Shown: positions 1 through 11,540, numbered from the stretch's first letter. The stretch is 64,000 nucleotides of DNA from Cyanophora paradoxa CCMP329 (GCA_004431415.1 QPMI01000612.1:1-64000), one strand, 5' to 3'. Program-made: numbers and translations. Notes: generated by a model not told the origin, from the letters alone.

Positions 1-500
1 TTTGCGATTTGCTGGTAGCAAACTATGAATTAAAGAACCCATCAAAAGCTTACATCTCTTCCACTCTCACCCTGTCACCACCTTTGGATGCTAATTGGTA
101 CAAACTTGCTGATGATGCCTTTACTGCCTCCTCCTCTGTGATAGGTAAAGAGCCCCACATGGCTCGACCTTCATCATTTGGCTGGGAAGCTGGGGCATTT
201 GCTCCAGAGCAGATATGGAGACCCCCACTGAGTACCTTCAAGTTGCTTTCCCATACACTTTTGAACTCTCTTCAGTGGTTGCCTATGGGTCAGGGACACC
301 AATGCTTTATAAAGACTTTCATGTGGCTACATCAACTAATGGGGTCAACTGGTCTTTTATTCGAGCAGAAGGGCAGAACAAAACATTTGTTTGTGAGAAT
401 ATAAACAATGCTAATAATCCGGCGATATAGCTTATTAAATGGTTACCCTCTCACATCAAGATGCTTCTACGTAGGGTTCTCTTGAGAATCAAGATGTTCG
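1..500 (+). pseudogene. F5/8 type C (discoidin) domain protein, frameshifted and 5'-truncated; possible virion attachment protein
   Basis: ORF 9-404 gives FTASSS..PHMAR...GW. ORF 215-430 gives EYLQVAF..ELSSVVAYG..FHVATSTNGVNW. Together these match the discoidin pattern across a frameshift. Confidence 0.55.
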
Positions 501-557
501 CATTTATCCCCTTGTCTATGTGAATGCTCCCACAATGAGAGTCGATTTACAGTGCGT

Positions 558-1472
558 TTATTCGATAAACTCGAGCTGAAAAGAATTGTCATTCCGTTCA
601 TGTCAATGATTTCCCCAAAGTAGTCTCTAAACTCAACTGTTAATTCCCTTACCACCAGATGTCGGTCGTTAATTCGAATAAATCCCCATGTCACCATTAT
701 AGTAAACATAGCCTCCTATATCCTTGCTTAATTGGAGTCTCAGTATGGCGCCTTGGTTTTGTGGCGTGATTTTGGGACTAATTATGTCTGCTGGCAAAGG
801 GAGCAAGTTCTTTGACATGTAAATAAAGGTACTGCTCAGCGTTCATGTTGCCATCTATTGCTGTATAAACATATCTAAGAGGTGTGGATGAAAGTCTGGA
901 TCCCGAAAAGGTAGTTCCCCACAAGGGTGATTGAGTGTGATAGGTTTGCCATCATACTTTAGAAATTCTCAGGGCGATATGGAGATTGAGAGGGCGAATT
1001 GTCATCCATAAATGAAGACTGGAACTCAGTTGAGCTTAAACCCAAAAGCTTACCATGCGCTTATTGCTTGCTCTTATACGGAAAATCTGTTACTGTAGAA
1101 CTCCACTTTATAGTGGTTGGATGTAGATAATTTTGAATTCGAAAGCAACTGTTTTCCTGCTATAGTTTCCTCATAGAACACATAGTTCAATCCATAGTTG
1201 TATGGTTGGGTGACCCCAAATGTCCCTGATTGATATAACCGGTTGGCAGGGGGGAATGTTGTAAGTTACTGTTTCAGTGACAGAACTATCCTGATAGGTG
1301 AATTCCACTATTAAATGATCTGTTCCCACACTATTGTAATGCTGTTTGGAATTTCTGCGTAAATAACCCTACACTCTCGAGGTCTCTCTACTGGTGTTGT
1401 GAGGGCACCCTGTAAGAGTTTCGGTTTCACCTTGGCTGCGATCCCTGCTATCAACATTGACAAGCCGGTCAT
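558..1472 (-). pseudogene. Minor capsid (penton)-like protein 1, frameshifted
   Basis: N-terminal CRVIYAEIPNSIT, middle NMNAEQYLYLHVKEL, and C-terminal ELTVEFRDYFGEIIDMNG..FSLEF resemble PLV/virophage penton motifs. The pieces lie in different frames. Confidence 0.6.
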
Positions 1473-1480
1473 TTTAATAT

Positions 1481-2491
1481 ATGAATATAGATAAAAGGAT
1501 AATGCCCGTGGATACATTGAGGTGAGTTCTTTTAATACAATCTCTGGTGACGGTCCTACTTCAAGCTTTGTAGCTCGCTTCCAAACATATATGAGAATGT
1601 GAGGGCTGTCAGGCTGGTCTCGGCCGAATTTTATAATAGTATCCCTATGGTGAGTGTGAAACGCAACCAGGGATATTACAATTGATAATTCATTCAGCAT
1701 TTTTTGGAGTGAAGATTCGATGGTGCTGGCATTGATGGCATTCCAACTACTCGACAGCGGCCGGCTTTGAACCTTGGAAGCAATTAATAAAGCCGCAAAA
1801 AACCCATTCAAAGCCACCAGCAATTGGTAAATGTAATTAATGCGAAATTCGATGATAGAGAGCCGGAACCATCTATTCGCTGTAAATGGGATGAGTCACT
1901 AAAACGATTATATTCCACTCAGAGAACCTTTCTATTAGCCTTCTCTAACGCTGGAAATCCAAACCAGAAAACGATCCAAAAGTTACTGAGTGCTGCCCGA
2001 TTGCTTGGTCTTGATCCCGGAAGATATGGAAATTCCCCAATTCAATCACAGTTTATAATGCTCTTACTGATGGCATCTTTACTGGTGAACGGGTGAATGG
2101 TATTTATATCTTCGTTTGAGCCTGAAAAGACAAGGACAGTGTTTTAATTTCAGAGTAAAAGAGTTGGGTGATTGTTCAGTGTGGGATGGTTCCTGACTGG
2201 TTACTTCCACAAAATCGTGGTTCCTGACAAGGACTATGGTGAGCATGTGTTTACAATTCGACAGAATCCACCACTTTACAAGTACTATAACAAAAAAATG
2301 GGTTTGTCTACATTCTCTGTGGATATAGTAAATGCTATAAACGAACCAATCGATTTTGAGGTCAACCTGTCCACCTCACATTTGAAATTCGATATGGGGA
2401 GGAGCCAGCAGGCGACCCTGTCTATGAATACTTTAAGATGCGGATGTCACAAAGTCATCCAACATATCCAATCATTGCGAGTTTTGGGTAA
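1481..2491 (+). pseudogene. Minor capsid (penton)-like protein 2, frameshifted
   Basis: Manual translation near 1580-1680 gives NIYENVRAVRLVSAEFYNSIP. The C-terminal part gives FHKIVV...LSTFSVDIVNAINEPIDF then (shifted frame) GQPVHLTFEI, a penton-like signature. Confidence 0.6.
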
Positions 2492-2545
2492 ACACTAGGT
2501 TCATTCGTAATTTTTTTATGTTACAGTATAATAAAAGAGAAAATC

Positions 2546-3900
2546 ATGGATATTACGTCGACCCTCCAGCGCCTTTCGTTGAAAGAAGCCCTAACAACCC
2601 CAGAGGAGGCCAAGGCCTTCTTCTGGATAACTCCTAATGCTTGGTCTTGAATCCAAGTCTAAGCCCGTTCTTGTTGTTGTGAACCCGAGCAATACTTTTG
2701 AAAATAGTGTTGAAATCGCATTTCATTCAAACTCCCTCGCTACAATTTCTGTGGCAAACTGAACTTGCCTTCGACCTTCCAGCTATCACTTTGGTGATGC
2801 TGATCTTGTTCGAAATGGGTATACTCGCCCAGTTGGTGCTTTGGTTCAGCGACTTGAAATTACCTATGGGTCATACACCTACCATATCCCTTCTGATTCC
2901 TTGCTCATTTCCCTCTTGTCTATTATAGTGAGGATCAGCTTGCCAAAAAGAAGCGGTCAATGGGCATGCTTCACGGCATCCCGCCCATGGAACCAACCGA
3001 CTTGGTGGCTCATTCTTTGTTGAAATCCTGTGCCTTGGCTAAACCACTACCTACTCTTGGTGCTCTGTCTGGTGAAATGGTAGTAACTGTTTGGTTCAAG
3101 GATGTAGGGAAGGGTTATGTTGAGACTTCTTATGGTGGTCGTACTCTTCCTAAGGCTGGGGACACAGCCATTGATGGGGACAAGGACGATGGGCTGGCGT
3201 CGCACCTGCTGAATCTGTGCTGCACATGTTGGCCAAAACATCACCACTTTCAATCTTGGTGCGCCAAACGTTGAAATTAAAATTACTTCTCCTCGCCTTT
3301 ATATGTATGCTGTTAATGTGTCTGATGAGCTTTTCGCTACTGTTATTGAGAAGGTAAAGACAACTGGCATGGCTATCCTGCTCTGGATATTGATTTGTGG
3401 ATGTCAGTGATATGAAAGCCAAGGTCTTGCCCAACCCAATCGAGTTAACCTCTCCCAAATCTCAGGTCTCGTTTATGCTCTGCTTGTTTCAGTTCGTGAT
3501 AACGCTACTGTTGACAAAGCTAATGGTTCCCACAGTGTTCTCAAGACCTACTCCAACTCCAAAGATATTACTTTCACTGTGGAAATTAATGGTCAACGTC
3601 TCTATGCCACTGAGCCCATTCCACTGCTCAAAGGTGCTGAGCTGATTGCTGATGTCTTCAAATGCTCTAATATGGATAAGGTTGCTGATCGCTATGTTCT
3701 TTCAGGGCTCCATTCTGTCTTGATGGTGAGAAGGCTATTCGCAATGTTGCCCAGTCTGGCTATGTTGACCTGACCAATTCTTCATCTTCATTCCTCACTC
3801 TCTACATGCCCACTGACAAGGCAATTGATGTCAATGTTCGCGCTCTCATGCATAGTTTATCATTGTGGACAAGGACGGCTTAAGGCGAATCAATCTATAA
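2546..3900 (+). pseudogene. Probable double-jelly-roll major capsid protein, multiply frameshifted
   Basis: About 1.35 kb between the pentons and the ATPase. Beta-rich fragments VGALVQRLEITYGS, KPLPTLGALSGEMVVTVWFK, EINGQRLY and GYVDLTNS resemble PLV MCP patterns. Called from position, size and motif impression only. Confidence 0.55.
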
Positions 3901-3952
3901 ACCATATTCAGTCACATCGTATTATTTTATCTGGTTCTTTATAGAAGGAAGC

Positions 3953-4726
3953 ATGGGCGACTTGGACGAATTTAATGCTGGTGAGATGATAAATCCCCTT
4001 TCCGCGTTTTGGCAATTGGCAAATCTGCTACTGGTAAATCAGAGGCTGTAAGTATGGCTCAAGCAGCTTCATGATGCCAAAAAGATTGATGTCGTTTTGG
4101 TGGTGAGTGGAACAAGCTTTAATCATTTCTGGATAAGGTGGCCACATTACAATTGGGGAAATGGGACGCCCCTTACATTGCTAAATTGCTGGATGAAAGG
4201 CAAGAGAAAATAGAAAAGGGGAACCTGTAAACCAATTATGTGTTGTTTTGGACGACCTTATGACAACGAAATAGTAGATTTAACCCGAGATAAAATAATC
4301 GGAAGTCTTTACAGTCGTGGTAGACATTCGAAATATCTATTATCTGTATCACACAAAAGCTGAGGAAAGTCTCATCGACATTCGTGTCAACTCAGATTAT
4401 GCTATGTTCCTAAGCGCTGCCAATAGAAAGGAGCTTGAAGCCATTGAGGAAGAATACAATATAATGCGGGACAAAGATGTTTTCTATAAAATGTTTGAAG
4501 AATATGTACATTCCTATCAGTTTCTAATTTGGTCATCGCCGATTATTCTGTGAAATATTTCGTAGATAAAGCGGATTTGGTCAAAGATTTCCCATTTCCA
4601 CGGTTCCACAGGAAGCCAAAGAAGAAAGAAGATGAGCTTAAACCACCAGAGAAAGAAGAAGGGCGAAAAGAAGTCAAAAGCCAAGTTCATAGTAATAAGT
4701 TAATGCGATATAAACGCGGTCTATAA
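3953..4726 (+). pseudogene. A32/FtsK-HerA family genome packaging ATPase, frameshifted
   Basis: Walker A GKSATGKS at 4018-4041, Walker B VVLDDL at 4242-4259, A32 RGRH motif at 4316-4327, then IRVNSDY. Confidence 0.85.
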
Positions 4727-4754
4727 AAATATCTCTCACTTTAATAAAGACACA

Positions 4755-5494
4755 ATGCCCCCCAAACGCAAATAGGCATCCCTGCTGGGGCTGTTGGTTA
4801 TTCAGGCGGTGGTAACAATGGCTCCATTAACACAGACCCGCTTAAATTCAATGGAATGAATGAGATAAAGCCCTCACAACAGCAAGAGGATCCCCTTAAT
4901 GCCGCCTATGAGGAATCTTTTGATGACAAAGCCCCACAGACGTCCACCAGTGATCAGCTCAACATCTCCCTGAAGCTTCTAAAATGAAGGCTGTGGGTGA
5001 GGGTGCCAGGCGAATTATAGGTGCTGCTGATGAAAAGGTCTTGGGCTCCAAGATCTATCACTCACTCGCAAAGGTGAGGGTCTCAGTAAAGAATCAGACA
5101 AGGTTATCCAGTCTATGGCGGGTGAAGTCACATACAAGACTGCTCCCACCCAGAATATTCATCGAGTTCCCAAGGCTCAATGGGACGAAATGACTGCCAA
5201 GCTTAAAGATCTGGAAGCCAAATCAAGTGCCTTAGAGCAATATGTAACTGAGAAGAGAGAGAGATCCAAACTCAAGGAGATGCTAAGAAAGGAGGTGTTC
5301 AAAATGGGGATCACTGGGATTCCAGATAAACAGTTTATTGCCAAGAAAGAGAACCAAATTGATGAGCAAGCTGTTGATGAAATGAAAACAAAGACCCAAA
5401 GGGGACTATTGAGCCAGGTGCTACAAAGGCTGAGGTGGACAAAGGTGTAGCCCCCACAGTGTATAAACGACGGTTTGGCTTTGAGAAAAAATAA
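4755..5494 (+). pseudogene. Hypothetical viral protein (MPPKRK start, predicted coiled-coil), frameshifted
   Basis: ATG at 4755 after an AT-rich promoter-like tract. Overlapping ORF fragments 4984-5193 and 5115-5450. No recognisable domain. Confidence 0.35.
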
Positions 5495-5767
5495 ACGTTT
5501 TTTCTATTATAAATGGATGATACCATCAGTCTGGTTGAGTTCACCGTTGATAGTCCTGTTAGTGAGAGTTATATTAAGAGCGCTGTAGCAAACCAAAAAC
5601 GATACAGGAAGACCCAGAATATAGAGAGTTTAAGAAACAGCAAGCCTTGGCATCATATTATCGCCGAAGGGCACAAAAAGATGTTGTGAGGCCTATAGGG
5701 AGGCCAATTAAACATTATTTGACCACTGAGAGCAGCAACTGAGTTATTTTGTCCTGTTACTTGTAAG

Positions 5768-6222
5768 ATGTGGCAATGGCTCCAACAATTGCTGGATATG
5801 TTTCATATACATGTGACCAGCAATTATAAGTGTAGCTGTTGTGATACTACTATTGACGTCAGCATTGGATCTTCCTCCCCAAGTGGATCCAGGAGTGGGT
5901 CTCCCTATGATGTGGTGCGCTCAACTGAGGGGCAAAGGGTAAGCTTGGAGAGTATTGAGAGGTGACAGGGGAGCAATTTGCTCAGGCTGTAAGCAGCGCT
6001 TGGATGAGTACCAAGGAAACCGTCTACATTAACACATTATCTGCCATCAGGGAGGGTTTAATCTCGTTTCCAAGCATGAGGAGATCGTTTGATATTTTTT
6101 GTAAAGCTGCTTTGATATGTGGAGACAGGGGGCTATTCGATGACCAGGTTGTACAGTTCTATAGAGACGCGATGTATGGAGTCACTCAATTCAGGGCTTG
6201 GAGACGTCAGCGCCAAATATGA
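5768..6222 (+). CDS. Small hypothetical viral ORFs (5768-5965 and 5962-6222)
   Basis: ORF track only; co-oriented with the structural module; no homology recognised. Confidence 0.3.
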
Positions 6223-6484
6223 GAGTTCAAAGGAGACCTCTACAAGGCGAGTATGGATGGGAGTTGTCATAATAATCTACTTTTAGGCAGCATAAAAATG
6301 CGAAAGGGCGGCTCTGCGTAGAGCTTGATGAGAGCTTCACAGGAAAAAAAAGAGCGCTCAAAACGGCCAATCTGGTGCCGAGATATTCGCGTTTGAAGTT
6401 CCTTAAGTGGCTCTAATTGAAAGTTTTAGAAACATTCTTATAGAGCTCTATAAGGAAAAAGCCGCTATGCTGACGTAGCATGCG

Positions 6485-6717
6485 GCTTGCCTACTGCGAC
6501 TTAGGCCGCCATACAGTGCTACTGCTGACCTGTAGGCTGCCATACAGTGGCTACTGTTGACCGGTAGGCAGGCCGGCTTGCCTACTGCTGTACGGTAGGC
6601 GCGAGGGCTCTACCGGTAGGCGAGTAGGCAGGGCCCTACTGTCCTACCGCCGGCGGCCTGTGCCTACCGGTCTGCGGTAGACACGCGGGCTCGCCTACCA
6701 CTGCGGTAGGCTGGCTC
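6485..6717. repeat. Degenerate ~30-bp tandem array of CCTAC...GTAGG hairpin units (array A)
   Basis: About 8 diverged units, e.g. gcctactgctgtacggtaggc, gcctaccggtctgcggtagac, gcctaccactgcggtaggc. Confidence 0.7.
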
Positions 6718-6721
6718 ATAT

Positions 6722-6874
6722 ATATGTATATGATATATATGAAAAAAAACAAGTTTTGGTAAAAACCACAGCGCCGTGATCGCCATGACGCGGCGAGTCC
6801 GAAAAGCTATGATATATATATATGTCATGTGACATCATAATATATCATATACATATATCATTATGGTATATACA
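6722..6874. repeat. ~155-bp direct repeat, copy 1 (internal inverted ends, GC-rich core)
   Basis: Near-identical to 7214-7369. TATATGTATATGATATA (6721-6737) and TATATCATATACATATA (6841-6857) are exact reverse complements. Confidence 0.9.
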
Positions 6875-6980
6875 AGTCGCTCAAATTTAAGTCTTATAAG
6901 GTCTTATAAGAGTTGTCTTATAGAATTCTTTTCTAAAATCTTATATGGTCTTATAAGATTTAATGTGCGTACTTTAGCTG

Positions 6981-7197
6981 GTACGCAGCCCACTGTGCGT
7001 ACCGTAGCTCAGTACGCAGCCCACTGTGCGTACCGTAGCGCAGTACGCAGGCCACTGTGCGTACCGTAGCGCCGTACGCAGCCCACTGTGCGTACCGTAG
7101 CTCAGTACGCAGCCCACTGTGCGTACCGTAGCGCAGTACGCAGGCCACTGTGCGTACCGTAGCCCAGTACGCAGGCCACTGTGCGTACCGTAGCGCC
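6981..7197. repeat. Seven tandem 31-bp hairpin units GTACGCA-gsccactg-TGCGTAC-cgtagcNcN (array B)
   Basis: Units start at 6981, 7012, 7043, 7074, 7105, 7136 and 7167. Each has a 7-bp stem. Units 1-3 recur as 4-6 (93-bp higher-order period). Confidence 0.95.
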
Positions 7198-7213
7198 GTA
7201 CGCGCGAACGTAC

Positions 7214-7369
7214 ATATGTATATGATATATATATATAAAAAAAACAAGTTTTGGTGAAAACTACAGCGCCGTGATCGCCATGACGCGGCGAGTCCGGAAA
7301 GCTATGTTATATATATATGTCATGTGACATCATAATATATCATATACATATATCATTATGGTATATACA
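7214..7369. repeat. ~155-bp direct repeat, copy 2
   Basis: Near-identical to 6722-6874. Confidence 0.9.
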
Positions 7370-7556
7370 TATGGTATATGCGAACCTGAAAATATTCGTA
7401 GCTCGTCACCAGATCATCGTAGGGCTATGATATTGGGGTCTATAAATATCTACTTTTTACGAGGAATCCAACGGTGATAGGCACGCGGGATGAATCGGTG
7501 ATGGTAAGAGGGGTAGTTTCCAGTTAAAAAGATTTTCAATATTCAGGAAATTTCAG

Positions 7557-8105
7557 CTACCTGCCACGGGCTACCCTCTTTTTTATTTCGAGCAGCTTCT
7601 TCAGGATATATTTATCATCTCCTTCCAAGTATGGAAGGTTTTCCTGTACCGCTCTTGTCTGTTTCCAGACTTGTTTGAGCTGATGGAGGGTATGGAGTAA
7701 AATCTCTTCTTTGTCATTCTCATCCATCTCATTCACAATTCGCTCTGTCTCTCCATAGCGTTTCTGTAACTTCATTCTGCCTTTATTCCAGCTGTCATTG
7801 ACATTGATTCCCTTAAACAATTATGGTGTTCTATTCTTTAAGTGTGGGAGGGAAGGATGGTTGCTTACAATTTCATGACTTTCTCCAGCTGAAATTTGTT
7901 TGTGGAGTAGGCATACCCCTCCATGCCATAGTTATCACATATGATGTTCTCATATGCCTCCATCAATCTGCGCAATTCTTTACTTTTCTGGGGGTTGATG
8001 TCTTGGGGGACTTCCTATACTCATCATAATACTGCTGCCTGACTGCCTCCCACAGTTCAACCATGTCCTCAAGGGGATGTCATCATAGCTGCTATCTGAG
8101 TCCAT
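7557..8105 (-). pseudogene. Hypothetical viral protein, probably frameshifted
   Basis: ORF fragments 7980-8162 and 7557-7820 on the minus strand. AAAATTGA lies ~55 bp upstream of the ATG at 8105. Confidence 0.35.
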
Positions 8106-8254
8106 GGTGGTACTGGTGGGCTTATGTAAGACTGTTTGGGGGTTGGGGGTGTCAAGAATCAATTTTTGGTGGGCACTTGGGGGCTTGGCTCTTCACCATG
8201 CTATATGAAGATGTCCTTAAGTGCTGGTGGCCTACAAGCAGGTGGGGTGGATTT

Positions 8255-8625
8255 TGGGGGGGTTAGGGGACTCATGGTGAAGTTAGGGGGGGTTTCTGCC
8301 AACTGACGTCTTGTTGTTTAGGTTACCATTCTCAGTCTGGAAGGTGGGGTTTAGGGGGGATTAGGGGGTTGTGGAGTGGGTAGGGGGGTATTCTCTCACA
8401 ACTCTATATATTTCTGGCTTGTTGCTTAAAAATGAAAATGAGTTGGAGGCTATAGGAGTTATATATCCCCCCCTAACCCCCCTAACCCCCCCACATGTAT
8501 ACATTATTACCATTTCTGGTCATAAAACAACCAGAAAGTAAAAAACGATCCCCCCCCAGATCCCCCCCCAAACTTCTGGAAACCCCCCCAAACCCCCCCC
8601 AGGCCTATCATGAGCCCCCTAATCC
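8255..8625. repeat. Inverted iteron cluster 1: TTAGGGGG copies / AT-rich core / CCCCCTAA copies
   Basis: TTAGGGGG near 8263, 8283, 8351 and 8361. AT-rich core ~8390-8466. CCCCCCTAA near 8468 and 8477, and CCCCCTAA near 8615. Confidence 0.75.
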
Positions 8626-8641
8626 TCCTCCTCTTCCAAGT

Positions 8642-8935
8642 GGTAGGGATGGAGAGAGGGGATGGGGGATAGGGGATGGGGGATGGGAAACCCATCCCCT
8701 TGAACTCGATTAGAAAATTTCAAAAAACAAAAACAAAATTATTTTTCTGAGAAAAGTCCCATCCCCCTGACTGGCTCCCATCCCCTACCCATCCCCTGAC
8801 TGGATATGGTCACAAATCAGCCACCTCCTTCCTTTTTCCCATCCCCTACCCATCCCCTCCCATCCCTCCCATCCCCCTACCCATCCCCTCAAACCACTCC
8901 TTACCAGACAGTCCCATCCCCTTCCATCCCCCTGA
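8642..8935. repeat. Inverted iteron cluster 2: GGGATGG copies / AT-rich core / ~10 CCCATCCC copies; candidate replication origin
   Basis: Four GGGATGG at 8645-8686, A/T tract 8700-8757, about ten CCCATCCC at 8758-8932. Sits directly downstream of the helicase stop. Confidence 0.8.
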
Positions 8936-8993
8936 CTATTCAAGATATCTCTTTTATAGATAAATGGAAAAAATGAGTAGAAGGAGGGCAGTC

Positions 8994-11448
8994 TTAATCA
9001 TCTTGAATCAGAATATTCTCTTCCTCTTTGATGCTATCATCATCTTCCAGCTTACATTTCTTGAAGGCAGACATCATATCCTCCCATTTGAAATGATAGT
9101 AATTGATGCCTTGGCACTTTTTCACCTCAATAAAGGCTGTATTCCTCATCTCAATATAGAACTTCTTTTGATTCATCTCACACTTGAATTTGGCCTTCTC
9201 CTGAAACTCTGCCCACCAAGTCCAAGCACTGATCAGATTTTGTGTCTTACATTTCTCCTTGGTGACCTTTCCATTGGCTGTTAGCCAGTAGGCAAAGTAT
9301 TCAATAGGTGAAAGTGTTGCCTGTTGAGCAAGGAAATATTTGGCACTCAATGGCCTCTCTTTATCCCAATCCACATTGCTGATGTCCACCTGTTTCAGGA
9401 ACCTGACAATCATGTGGATGTTGTCAGTATTGTCAAGCCAAGCATGAAGTGGCTTGAAGTACTCAGCATCTCTTTGGTGTTTTGTGCTGCTTTCAAAGAA
9501 GGCAAATCGCCTATCTCCAGACTCCACCTTCACAGGGATATTACTATTTGTTGTAAAAACGAAGTGGACACAATTGGGGCTTGTGTAGCTGTCAATGCCT
9601 TTGTGTTCAATGGTGATCTTATCATTTGTTATATAATCCTTTAGCTTTTCGCTGTACTCATAGTTATCCTTTGCTTTGGCCTCATTCAATGTCACCATAA
9701 TTTTATGCTCTTTGTTGTGTGAGAATCTGGAAAATAGGTCATTCTCTCCATCACATGTGGAGAAGGCCAATTTGTTGCCCAACACCTTTTTCTCAAAAAT
9801 GTCCAGCAGTGTATTTTTTCCTGTGCCTTGGACACCCATGAAAACCAAGGCAACCCCAATCTTTTCCCCAGGCCTCTGGAGCATATGAGCAAACCATTTC
9901 AAGGCATACTCTGTAGCTTTCTCATTCTCCCCACACATTAAACTCAAATGTTTCAGGAAAGGGCTGATCATCTCATCAGTGATCACATCAGGAATATCAC
10001 CACATGGAGCATAATCGATTGCCATTCCCTGATAGAGGTTGAAGACACTGGCTGTTTTACATGGGAGCTTGGCAGGAGGTGGAAGGAACTCCACAAACTC
10101 ATATCTGGTACTATCTCCATCCTCTATCCACTTCTTGAAGGTACTCTTATATTTACCATCCCCAGCATCATACTGGATGTGTGGGAAAGTACCTTTCTTC
10201 ACTTTTTCAATGTCATGGGAACCAAGATTTTCTTTGTCATTCCACATAAACACACACTTTTTATCAGTACAATGGATACACCTGGCATCCAAGTATCGTT
10301 TTTGTACCTCATATATATCCCTTGCTGGGATTGGATCCAGTTTGTAGTTGACCTTTCCATTTTCTTCCCCTCCTCATCATCCAAGAATAAGAATCCTGAT
10401 ACTTGGGGTGCTGAAAACATGACCTTGTAAAGTTCTGGATTATCCTGCTTCAGCCAGGTCCTGAGTGAACCCATTGTGATTTTGCTCCCCTTTCTCTTGC
10501 TGTTCCAGATGCTCTCAAAATCTTTGTCAGCCCCATCTTCATCATACTTGTCCAAGCATTTAGAGCTGAAGTCATGCCACAGTTCTCTGGCCTGTTTCTT
10601 TGGGATTTCCATGTCTTTGCTAACATTACAGATGGCATAGCCAACATTGACCCATGCCTTTCTATCATCAGCGCGTTTTCCATCCAACCCCATAACAGCC
10701 TTTCTAAGAATGTCAAAGCCAGATAAGGTGGGGTTTGATGCCACTATAGGAGCCTTGAATGGAACAGCCTTGCCCCCTCCTGAATTTGAAGTAGCTGCGC
10801 CCCAGCTTCATAGAACTGGACAAAGTAGTGTTTATAGGGGACTCCTTGAAGGCAGTACATTGCTGGTTTGAAGACCACATCAATATCAACATCATGCTTT
10901 TTGGTCCTTTTGTCAAGCCCAGTATCCTTACAATTGTAGATACAGACAATATTTTGTGTGGAACTGTATGGCTGAGGATCATAATCATCCCCTCTAACCA
11001 GCCCCAAGAATCAAGTAGATTTGGGATATCTTCATGCTTCATAACCAGATCTGCCCAAATAAAATGGGCAGATTGCTTGAATTTAACCTCTCCTGAATCA
11101 ACAAGCTTTACCCTTCGATGCCTCACACTAACAGCAATTTTATCCAAGTCAACCCTGACAAGGCAGCAAGACGTTTGCGCAAATCCAATACAACTTGAGC
11201 AGCTTCTTTTTGGTTGATAGAAGCATCATTCTCGAGAGGGACAAGCCTGTCAAAGTCCAAATAAACCCTGGTCAGCTGTTCAGGGGTTAAATGCTCGACC
11301 CAGTGCTTCCCTTTTTGAATGATACAATTAGCCTCATCCCAGCTCATGGAGATGATGCCAGACTTGTCAAAGTTTTGAAGCTGCTTCTTGAAAGTTGCCT
11401 CAGTGGGGCACAAGTAATTTCGGTGGTGGTGAACATGGTGGATGTCAT
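8994..11448 (-). pseudogene. AEP primase - PriCT-2 - D5-like SF3 helicase fusion, split by several frameshifts
   Basis: AEP motifs RVYLDFD, KQSAH and YDPQPYS. PriCT-2 DDRKAWVNVGYAI..LWHDFS..ITMGSLRTW. SF3 Walker A GVQGTGKN, Walker B TLNE, and FTTNSNIPV..DRRF. Confidence 0.88.
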
Positions 11449-11475
11449 TCTACAGTAGGGTGAGAAAATAATTTG

Positions 11476-11520
11476 ATGATTCTATAAGGGCCCTTGTCCT
11501 TAAGTAGTTTATAGAATCAT
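11476..11520. terminator. AT-rich hairpin (12-bp perfect stem ATGATTCTATAA/TTATAGAATCAT); possible transcript 3'-end signal
   Basis: Inverted repeat seen directly. It lies downstream of the small minus-strand ORF starting at 11741. Function is inferred. Confidence 0.4.
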
Positions 11521-11532
11521 TAAATAAAACAA

Positions 11533-11540
11533 TCAATTTT
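11533..11540 (-). promoter_or_regulatory. AAAATTGA, matching the Mimiviridae early promoter motif, ~85 bp upstream of the primase-helicase ATG
   Basis: TCAATTTT on the plus strand at 11533-11540. A second copy at 8159-8166 precedes another minus-strand ORF. Confidence 0.55.

Noticed and set aside
1311-1823. The 170-aa minus-strand ORF as a single gene
   Set aside because: Its first two thirds is antisense to the plus-strand penton-like gene. Only the part from the ATG at 1472 looks coding.
6981-7197. CRISPR array (31-bp palindromic repeats next to an AT-rich leader-like stretch)
   Set aside because: The units are directly tandem with only 1-3 variable bases, there are no unique spacers, and no cas genes are visible.
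6240-7520. Flanks of the repeat cassette (6290-6400 and 7385-7520) resembling subterminal motifs of eukaryotic transposons, or marking a junction of two separate elements
   Set aside because: Only a vague resemblance and a short shared ATCTACTTTT. I found no TIR pair, TSD or copy of the terminal hairpin, so it cannot be supported without a search.
8255-8500. Telomere or telomere fusion (TTAGGG-like repeats)
   Set aside because: Copies are dispersed, have variable G-run length, and are arranged as inverted sites around an AT core inside the element rather than as a tandem tract.
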